Positions 57,541 through 64,000 of a DNA stretch of 64,000 nt are shown here, in pieces. The notes below the pieces were generated by a model, which made no database searches, was not told where the DNA came from, and saw only the letters and a program-made list of their open reading frames with translations. Numbering within the stretch: position 1 is the first letter of the stretch; each line of letters starts with the position of its first letter. The translations under genes and the position numbers were made by a program. This DNA comes from Bacteroidia bacterium (GTDB taxonomy: Bacteria > Bacteroidota > Bacteroidia > M30B66). Location of the stretch: contig JAGYKL010000001.1 in NCBI GenBank assembly GCA_018401705.1, forward strand, positions 148,473-212,472, given 5' to 3'.

Positions 57541-57708
57541 CTAAAGTAATCCTGCATTTATTTGCTTAATCGCCTTCTCAAACTCAATAATCCAATGTGT
57601 TAACTTATCACTACCTCTTTGAATTAAAGTATCTTGAGCCATAAAATCGCTAGGCCCTTTTCTTGCTTTTTCATTGGATAGAATAAATTTTTTGACTTGT
57701 TTATCCAT
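57541..57708 (-). CDS. Possible small ORF (55 aa), unannotated
   Basis: ATG at 57708, TAG at 57541. Translation MDKQVKKFILSNEKARKGPSDFMAQDTLIQRGSDKLTHWIIEFEKAIKQINAGLL. A purine-rich stretch (aaaaaaaaaggaaaa) lies just upstream. Below the ORF-track length cutoff. Confidence 0.3.
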   Translation of the reverse strand: MDKQVKKFILSNEKARKGPSDFMAQDTLIQRGSDKLTHWIIEFEKAIKQINAGLL

Positions 57709-57933
57709 AGCATTTTCCTTTTTTTTATCTACGCTATTGAATTACTAACGTTACTGACCAGAATAATTGTATGTAGAAACACACAATTAAGATTTAGGCT
57801 CATAAAATTCACTTACTGTTTTGATTTTCTGCACTTTAAATTAAAGAGGAGAGTTTCTATTTAATTTAAAAAAATTTCAACAATCATGTTGAGAACTTAT
57901 CCGATCTTAAATGTTTAATAGACGAATGTATTT

Positions 57934-57998
57934 GCTGGGGGCCCTTAAATTTGCGACCGGAGGGGAGGTTAGCGGCGGCCCCACGTACGCGCGCGCGT
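57934..57998. other. GC-rich island with an alternating (CG)5 tract, in an AT-rich intergenic region
   Basis: GCTGGGGGCCCTTAAATTTGCGACCGGAGGGGAGGTTAGCGGCGGCCCCACGTACGCGCGCGCGTTC. GGGGCC…GGCCCC inverted repeat (57937-57982). The self-complementary ACGCGCGCGCGT lies at 57987-57998. Confidence 0.7.
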
Positions 57999-58142
57999 TC
58001 TTTGTAAATGCAGATTCACAGATTATACGTTTTTAAACATTTCAAATGTTTAATACGCATAATTGATCCCCATAATCAAATATGTTTTCTCCCAGAATGA
58101 CAAAAAGAAAAACAAGCGTCTGGTTTAATAATTGAGTGGTAT

Positions 58143-58595
58143 TCAATTCTCCGCTTTTCTCTTAAAATGAGAATCGATTTGCGGAAAAATTAAAAGATCT
58201 GCCGCTAAAAAATCATAGGCCGATAATTCATTTGGCTTACAGAAGACAATTGATTCATGCTCTTTGGCAGCAATTATCCCATTTTCAATTACTGCAATAA
58301 AAGGATATAGAATAATTTTAAAGCTTTCATACTCAAACTTAACAGCTTCAAGCGCATGTGAAATGGAGATTTTAATATTGAGCTCCTCCGAAATTTCTCT
58401 AATTAGGCAGTGTTCTGCACTTTCGTCCTTCTCTATTTTACCTCCAGGAAACTCCCATTTTCCACTCATCTCTTTCCCATTTGGTCTTTGAGCGATTAGA
58501 ATTTTGCCTTCATTAATAATTACAGCACAAGAAACATGAACCAGTTTTCTCACCTTAATTAATACTATTCTGCTATCCTCATTTATAAGCTTCAA
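58143..58595 (-). CDS. NUDIX hydrolase (MutT-like)
   Basis: NUDIX box [30 protein letters not shown]. Length is 150 aa. The 5' end overlaps the upstream mutase gene by 17 nt. Confidence 0.8.
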   Translation of the reverse strand: MKLINEDSRIVLIKVRKLVHVSCAVIINEGKILIAQRPNGKEMSGKWEFPGGKIEKDESAEHCLIREISEELNIKISISHALEAVKFEYESFKIILYPFIAVIENGIIAAKEHESIVFCKPNELSAYDFLAADLLIFPQIDSHFKRKAEN

Positions 58596-60705
58596 TTAAC
58601 AATTCAAGAATTTCCTGAGCTGCTAAAGGAATACTTGTTCCTGGCCCAAATACCGAAGCAACGCCTTTATTGAAGAGAAAATCGTAATCTTTCTGAGGAA
58701 TCACGCCACCAGCTACCACTATTATATCTTCGCGATTAAGTTCCTTTAGTTTTTCTATCACTTGAGGAACAAGTGTTTTATGCCCACCAGCCAAAGAAGA
58801 CACTCCAAGAATATGGACATCATTCTCTATAGCTTGCTTTGCAACTTCAGCGGGGGTTTGAAACAATGGACCAATATCAACATCAAAACCAATATCGGCA
58901 AAGCCAGTACTTATAACTTTAGCACCTCTATCATGACCATCCTGGCCCATTTTGGCCACAAGTATTCTTGGTCTTCTTCCGGCCAGCTTAGCAAATTGAT
59001 CTGCAAGATTTCTTGCTTGAATAAAAGGTTGATTGTTTTTCACTTCATTTGAATAAACTCCTGAAATTGATTTGATTGTTGCTTTATATCTTCCATAAAC
59101 GGCCTCCAAAGAAGAAGAAATCTCTCCCAATGTTGCTCTATGCCTAGCTGCTATAATGCAAAGTTCCATTAGATTCCCTTGATTGCTCATAGCAGCTTTC
59201 TTGATATCACTTAGGGATTCATCTACTAATTGCTGATTTCGAGATGCTTTTATTTTTTTCAATAAAGCAATTTGGCTTTCTCTTACTGAACTATTATCCA
59301 CTTCAAGGATTTCGATATCGGTTTTTTTCTCTGACTGGAATCTATTTACGCCAACAATGACTTCTGACCCTGCATCAATTCTAGCTTGTTTTTTTGCTGC
59401 AGCTTCTTCAATTCTCATTTTGGGTATTCCTGTTTCAATAGCTTTTGCCATTCCCCCAAGATTCTCAACTTCCTGAATCAATTCCCATGCTTTGGAAACT
59501 AGTTCATTAGTAAGTTTCTCTACATAATAACTTCCAAACCAAGGATCGACAGCTTTTATAACTTCAGTTTCCATTTGAATTAAAAGCTGAGTATTTCGGG
59601 CAATTCTAGCTGAAGCATCTGTTGGTAAAGCTATTGCTTCATCAAGAGCATTGGTATGTAAGCTCTGAGTGCCACCCATGACAGCTGAAAGAGCTTCAAT
59701 ACAGGTTCTTGCAACATTGTTATATGGGTCTTGCTCCGTAAGACTCCAGCCACTTGTTTGGCAATGAGTTCTGAGAGCCATTGCTTTTTCCGTTTTTGGA
59801 TCAAATCCTTTAATCAATTTAGCCCAAAGCAAACGACCTGCCCTCATTTTAGCGATTTCCATAAAATGATTCATACCTATTCCCCAGAAGAATGATAATC
59901 GAGGTGCAAATTCATCGATTTTCAATCCTGCTTTCAGACCTGTTCGAACATATTCAAGTCCATCGCATAAAGTGTAAGCTAATTCAATGTCGGCAGTTGC
60001 TCCGGCTTCATGCATGTGATAGCCGCTAATACTGATACTATTAAATTTAGGCATTTTCTTGGATGCATACTCAAAGATATCTGCGATAATTTTAATACTG
60101 GGAGCTGGTGGATATATATATGTATTTCTTACCATAAACTCCTTCAAAATATCATTTTGAATAGTTCCACTTAAAAGTGCGGGAGCCACACCTTGCTCTT
60201 CAGCTGCAACAATAAAAAATGCCATTATTGGCAAAACCGCTCCATTCATTGTCATGGAAACACTCATTTGATCTAATGGAATCTGATCAAACAAAATCTT
60301 CATATCTTCAACAGTATCAATAGCAACACCAGCCTTTCCAACATCCCCTTCTACCCTTTCGTGATCAGAATCATATCCTCTGTGGGTAGCTAAATCAAAA
60401 GCTACAGATAAACCTTTTTGACCTGCTGCAAGATTGCGTCTATAAAATGCATTGCTTTCAAGAGCTGTACTAAACCCGGCATATTGTCTAATTGTCCAAG
60501 GTCTAGTCACATACATAGTGGAATAAGGCCCCCTTAAAAATGGAGCGACACCAGATCTAAATCCAATGTGCTCAATTTTATCTAACTGAGAATAATTATA
60601 TGAGCCTTTTATGTTTATCCCTTCAGGGGAAGTCCACGTTCTTAAATCTCCGTTTTCAACAGAAGAATTCTCAGGTTTAACACTCTTAAAATCAGGACGA
60701 TTCAT
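58579..60705 (-). CDS. Methylmalonyl-CoA mutase large (catalytic) subunit
   Basis: 708 aa. TIM-barrel substrate domain plus a C-terminal B12-binding domain carrying DxHxxG (…[12 protein letters not shown]…). Confidence 0.93.
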   Translation of the reverse strand: MNRPDFKSVKPENSSVENGDLRTWTSPEGINIKGSYNYSQLDKIEHIGFRSGVAPFLRGPYSTMYVTRPWTIRQYAGFSTALESNAFYRRNLAAGQKGLSVAFDLATHRGYDSDHERVEGDVGKAGVAIDTVEDMKILFDQIPLDQMSVSMTMNGAVLPIMAFFIVAAEEQGVAPALLSGTIQNDILKEFMVRNTYIYPPAPSIKIIADIFEYASKKMPKFNSISISGYHMHEAGATADIELAYTLCDGLEYVRTGLKAGLKIDEFAPRLSFFWGIGMNHFMEIAKMRAGRLLWAKLIKGFDPKTEKAMALRTHCQTSGWSLTEQDPYNNVARTCIEALSAVMGGTQSLHTNALDEAIALPTDASARIARNTQLLIQMETEVIKAVDPWFGSYYVEKLTNELVSKAWELIQEVENLGGMAKAIETGIPKMRIEEAAAKKQARIDAGSEVIVGVNRFQSEKKTDIEILEVDNSSVRESQIALLKKIKASRNQQLVDESLSDIKKAAMSNQGNLMELCIIAARHRATLGEISSSLEAVYGRYKATIKSISGVYSNEVKNNQPFIQARNLADQFAKLAGRRPRILVAKMGQDGHDRGAKVISTGFADIGFDVDIGPLFQTPAEVAKQAIENDVHILGVSSLAGGHKTLVPQVIEKLKELNREDIIVVAGGVIPQKDYDFLFNKGVASVFGPGTSIPLAAQEILELLIEAYK

Positions 60706-60716
60706 AATTTCAATAG

Positions 60717-62534
60717 TTACAGCTGCCAGTCTAAAGTCTCTAAAAAGCCATGAAAGGCCTTAATTGCATCACAACCCAGATAAATAAAATCATCTACTCC
60801 TAGCTTTTTTAAGTCGTTTGAATTTGCTGGATTGCCCGCTATCCATAAAGGTTTAGGAGGTCTTTCTTCGGAATTGAGGGTTTCCAAAATTGATTCGTAT
60901 TCTTCGTCGGCACTGCAAAGCACTATTAAATCAGATGCTTTTACATTTTCACTATGCAATTGATCAGATAATTGAACATTAGAGTCAGTTTGGACAATCT
61001 TAAATCCAGCTGACGATAAAAAGTCACCGGCAAAAGTTGCTCTCTGCTTGCTTTTCAAAGGATTTCCGGATAAAATCAAACAGGCTACAGCCTGTTTGTC
61101 AAGATTTATCAAGCGTCTAATTGACTCAAATGAAGAAGCTTCAAAGTAAGGCTCTAAAACTTTGATTTCTGGCAGTTTTGATAAGGGATCTTTTGTTTGA
61201 ATAGATTCGGAAAACACTTTTTCATCGGCATATGCAAAACGATTCACGCCTATAATTCCACGTTTTCGTGCTCTAACTGCCTCTTCAATCTTTGATCGAT
61301 TGGATTTAACAATATCCTGAAAGAAGCCTAATCGAGCTGCCGAAGTGTAACCACCTTTGCTTTCAATTTCAAGAAATAAGCTCCATGCCTTCTCTACTAA
61401 TTCTTTAGTTAGATGTTCTATATAAGGAGAACCGGCTGATGCATCCAAAACTTTATCAAACCCTGATTCATACTTCAATAGATGATGAATATTTAAAGCG
61501 AGTCTTTGCGAATCCTCGTTAACCTCTTCAAAGTGGTAATTAAAAGGATGCACTAAGTGTTCATCGCTGCCTCCAATAACTACGGCCATTGACTCGAGAG
61601 TGCCTCTTACAAGATTTGAATGTGCATCAAACCTTGTTTTATTTCGAAGAGATGTTTCGGATTGCAACCATAATGGCACAGACAAATCTGAGGAAAAACC
61701 TTTTAGAAGCATATCCCATAATATTCTTACAGCCCTAAATTTTGCGAGTTGAATAAAAAACTCTGAGCCAGAAGCAAGTTGAAATTGCATGCCTTTAAAA
61801 ATATCAGAAAAGGTATGCTTGTTTTGTAAGTTAATTACGTATTCAGCAGCTAAACTCAAAACAGCAGCTAATTCTTGTGAAGCTGAAGCTCCTGCATTAT
61901 GCCATCTTGCTCCATTAACAGTAATCGTCTTAAAATTGGGTAAAAACGTTTTCGAAGTACTTAAAAGTGCTTCTGTTAACTGCATACTTTCTTCTTTTGA
62001 ATAATTAAAGCTGCCATTAAATATAAAGTCGCCTAAGGGGTCCCAGGCAATTGATCCAAATATTTTTGATGCGTCCAAGTGCATTCTTTGAACTTCATCT
62101 AAATACAAGTAAAACAACGAAGGAGTAGCTTCTCCGCAATTAAAATTAATTCTAGCTATTTCACAGTTAATGCCCTTTAAAACCAATCGTAGCTCCTCCT
62201 GGTTGCTGATTTCAAAGCCAGTAAAAGCAATACTTGAAGCACCATGCTCTAGTAATTGCAATGCACTTTTATTGCAGGCTTTTAAATCGTCTGTTTTTAT
62301 GCTAACAAGTATTTCCCAATCGTTTGCAAACGCAAACTCCGGATGATGAGACACTCTGTTTTTATAAGCATTAAAACTATGTGTAGGGACTTCCTGATAA
62401 GCAATTTTTGAGCTTATCCCATCAATTTCTTGATGCAATAAATTACTAATATCATCAGATTTTAAATCTTTCTTAATCTGATGTATCCATGCTTCTTCGT
62501 CAGGAATTTTAAATTCTGTAAATGATGCTTTCAA
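60717..62534 (-). CDS. Methylmalonyl-CoA mutase small subunit
   Basis: 605 aa, mutase-like fold, no DxHxxG cobalamin-ligand motif. Lies directly upstream of the large-subunit gene with an 11-bp gap. Confidence 0.82.
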   Translation of the reverse strand: MKASFTEFKIPDEEAWIHQIKKDLKSDDISNLLHQEIDGISSKIAYQEVPTHSFNAYKNRVSHHPEFAFANDWEILVSIKTDDLKACNKSALQLLEHGASSIAFTGFEISNQEELRLVLKGINCEIARINFNCGEATPSLFYLYLDEVQRMHLDASKIFGSIAWDPLGDFIFNGSFNYSKEESMQLTEALLSTSKTFLPNFKTITVNGARWHNAGASASQELAAVLSLAAEYVINLQNKHTFSDIFKGMQFQLASGSEFFIQLAKFRAVRILWDMLLKGFSSDLSVPLWLQSETSLRNKTRFDAHSNLVRGTLESMAVVIGGSDEHLVHPFNYHFEEVNEDSQRLALNIHHLLKYESGFDKVLDASAGSPYIEHLTKELVEKAWSLFLEIESKGGYTSAARLGFFQDIVKSNRSKIEEAVRARKRGIIGVNRFAYADEKVFSESIQTKDPLSKLPEIKVLEPYFEASSFESIRRLINLDKQAVACLILSGNPLKSKQRATFAGDFLSSAGFKIVQTDSNVQLSDQLHSENVKASDLIVLCSADEEYESILETLNSEERPPKPLWIAGNPANSNDLKKLGVDDFIYLGCDAIKAFHGFLETLDWQL

Positions 62535-62591
62535 TGTTTGTAATTCAGTTACAGCAAATGTAACAAAGACTTATGAAGCAGAGGCCTTAAT

Positions 62592-62912
62592 TTAGTTTGA
62601 AGTATTTGGTTGGTCAACCACTAACCAAATATCTTCATTTGCTTTTTTCATAAGATGCTGCTCGCGTGCAAATTTCTCTAGAGATTTACTATCTGATAAA
62701 AGCTCATCCAATTGTTTTCTGGTGCTTTGAATTTCAGACTGATAGTATTTCTTTTCTTTTCTAAGCTCATAAAGCACCTGTCTATCTTTATATTGAGTGA
62801 TAAGGTCATTCTTATCAAAAAACATTATCCAAACTAAAAAAAAAGCAAAAGTCAGGAAATAGCGGTTCCCTAAAAGGGGGTAGTTCCTAAAAAATTCGTT
62901 GAGCTTTTTCAT
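62592..62912 (-). CDS. ftsB: Septum formation initiator (FtsB/DivIC family)
   Basis: 106 aa. Single TM helix (…YFLTFAFFLVWIMFF…) followed by a coiled-coil (…YELRKEKKYYQSEIQSTRKQLDELLSD…). Confidence 0.7.
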   Translation of the reverse strand: MKKLNEFFRNYPLLGNRYFLTFAFFLVWIMFFDKNDLITQYKDRQVLYELRKEKKYYQSEIQSTRKQLDELLSDSKSLEKFAREQHLMKKANEDIWLVVDQPNTSN

Positions 62913-63000
62913 ATAACAAACATAAACGGGATTTTGATAATAATCATGTTTGCATATGCTGAGTTCTCAAACATCCTATGTTAATTAACTGACTAGCAGG

Positions 63001-63031
63001 AAAAAAAAGCCGGCTAACCGGCTTTTTTTAT
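63001..63031 (-). terminator. Intrinsic terminator downstream of the cupredoxin gene
   Basis: aaaaaaaa-GCCGGCtaaCCGGC-tttttttt (a symmetric hairpin). Confidence 0.8.
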
Positions 63032-63048
63032 TTAAGTACGCTTTAGGA

Positions 63049-63567
63049 CTATTCAACAATTAGTTTCCCAATCATCTTAGGGAAATGCCCTGGATAAGTG
63101 CATATGAAATTATAGGATCCTGCCGCAGGAGCAACAAACTCTACAAAGATAGTTTCGTTGGGATTTGCAAGCCCAGAAGCTGCTAAAACATTTTCATTCT
63201 CGGGAATATATGATTTGTCAGCTCCAGCAGTAATTCCTGCTGTTGCCACTTCCTGACCTGATCCCAATTTAACAAGAACCCAGTTATGAAGCATTCCTTC
63301 AGCAGAGTTTTCGTTCACCAATGTTAAAGTTACTTTATCTCCTGCTTTTACAGAAGCAGACATTGGTTCATATGCCATATCAGCCATGGAATTCCCAATA
63401 ACTTTGATAGTCAAGTTGGCCTCTCCTGGCGTGCTAGCAGTTTCTGAGCTTGATTCTTCTGTTTGCTCTTGATTATTAGTTGTTTCTTCAGCTGGTTGTT
63501 CTTGAGAACCTCCACAAGAGGCAAAAAACATAGCTAATGGCAATGCAAATAAAATTAGTTTCTTCAT
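63049..63567 (-). CDS. Cupredoxin-fold (plastocyanin/azurin-like) blue-copper lipoprotein
   Basis: Lipoprotein signal (…MFFASCGG). Type-1 Cu ligand pattern H…C-x-x-P-G-H-x-x-x-M (…HNW…CTYPGHFPKM…). Disordered Q/E/T-rich linker. Confidence 0.72.
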   Translation of the reverse strand: MKKLILFALPLAMFFASCGGSQEQPAEETTNNQEQTEESSSETASTPGEANLTIKVIGNSMADMAYEPMSASVKAGDKVTLTLVNENSAEGMLHNWVLVKLGSGQEVATAGITAGADKSYIPENENVLAASGLANPNETIFVEFVAPAAGSYNFICTYPGHFPKMIGKLIVE

Positions 63568-63809
63568 CTTGAAATTTAGTTTTTATGTAAAGTAAACGTA
63601 TGAAATCAGTGGTTGTTTATTTATTTCTTGATCGATAGATGATTTCATATCCAGAAAAGCAAAATTGCCTTTTCCTTAATCAAAATAATATACAATAGTA
63701 GACAAATCAATTTTGATTCTTCAAGTTAAATTTCAGGATTATTCGTAAGAAACACTAAAAGATGTTAACAAAACGAGATTCCACAAAGGACTTGAATATC
63801 TTTGTAGTA

Positions 63810-64000
63810 ATGGAGAATTACATCGTATCGGCTAGGAAATACCGCCCAGTGACTTTTAGATCGGTAGTTGGTCAGGAATCAATTACAAATACCTTAAAGA
63901 ATGCTATTCGCAATCAGCATGTAGCGCAGGCGTATTTGTTTTGCGGACCTAGAGGAGTTGGTAAAACTACTTGTGCCAGAATATTAGCAAAAACTATTAA
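63810..64000 (+). CDS. dnaX: DNA polymerase III subunit gamma/tau (N-terminal fragment; continues beyond the window)
   Basis: [63 protein letters not shown]. The Walker A motif GPRGVGKTT is present. Confidence 0.85.
   Translation, partial: MENYIVSARKYRPVTFRSVVGQESITNTLKNAIRNQHVAQAYLFCGPRGVGKTTCARILAKTI

Noticed and set aside
57865-57897. 10-codon ORF preceded by a strong AAAGAGGAGAG Shine-Dalgarno-like sequence
   Set aside because: The ORF is far too short. Bacteroidetes generally do not rely on SD pairing, so the motif is more likely chance or part of the intergenic element.
57934-57998. GC-rich island as a tRNA/rRNA fragment or known housekeeping RNA (RNase P, SRP, tmRNA)
   Set aside because: I could find no cloverleaf, no T-loop GTTCRA motif and no conserved RNase P/SRP/tmRNA signature. 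At 65 nt it is too short for those RNAs.

Overview
The window is an AT-rich chromosomal segment that most resembles a Bacteroidota genome, probably Flavobacteriia or Cytophagia-like. Three things point that way: several large secreted proteins end in type IX secretion (T9SS) C-terminal sorting domains; both tRNA genes are preceded by the Bacteroidetes sigma-A promoter consensus (-33 TTTG, -7 TAnnTTTG); and there is a bshB1 bacillithiol gene. Gene content is mostly housekeeping. In order: an ABC permease; the cell-shape cluster purH-mreB-mreC-mreD-mrdA(PBP2)-rodA with two appended secreted proteins of unknown function; a minus-strand envelope operon (coaX, an outer-membrane beta-barrel protein, lptC, a PpiD-like PPIase); tRNA-Phe and tRNA-His; a Crp/Fnr regulator; a CNNM/CBS transporter next to a CopA-like copper P-type ATPase; a glycan-modification cluster (GT4, Wzx-like flippase, TylF-like O-methyltransferase, AsnB-type amidotransferase); T9SS cargo proteins (a BNR/Asp-box protein, an S8 subtilase with a PKD domain); bshB1; a beta-CASP/MBL RNase; a three-gene PAS sensor locus (hybrid histidine kinase, a PAS-HisKA-REC protein with no ATPase domain, and a PAS/GAF histidine kinase); wecB plus two uncharacterised genes; upp; a HAD nucleotidase; psd; ferredoxin plus a LuxC-like acyl-CoA reductase; a PhoD phosphatase broken by an in-frame TGA; NUDIX plus methylmalonyl-CoA mutase small and large subunits; ftsB; a cupredoxin lipoprotein; and the start of dnaX. 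I see no CRISPR array, prophage, integrase/transposase or obvious defence island. The most unusual things I see directly are: (i) a ~65-bp GC-rich island carrying an alternating (CG)5 tract, bracketed by 12-bp direct repeats and a 21-bp perfect palindrome, inside a 600-bp convergent intergenic gap; (ii) three tandem 63-bp copies of the 3' end and terminator of a histidine-kinase gene; (iii) the ATPase-less HisKA-REC protein lying between two complete kinases; (iv) a small secreted protein with duplicated CC-x(7-8)-C motifs; (v) the in-frame opal stop in phoD. All functional calls rest on motif recognition in the supplied translations. No database search was possible.
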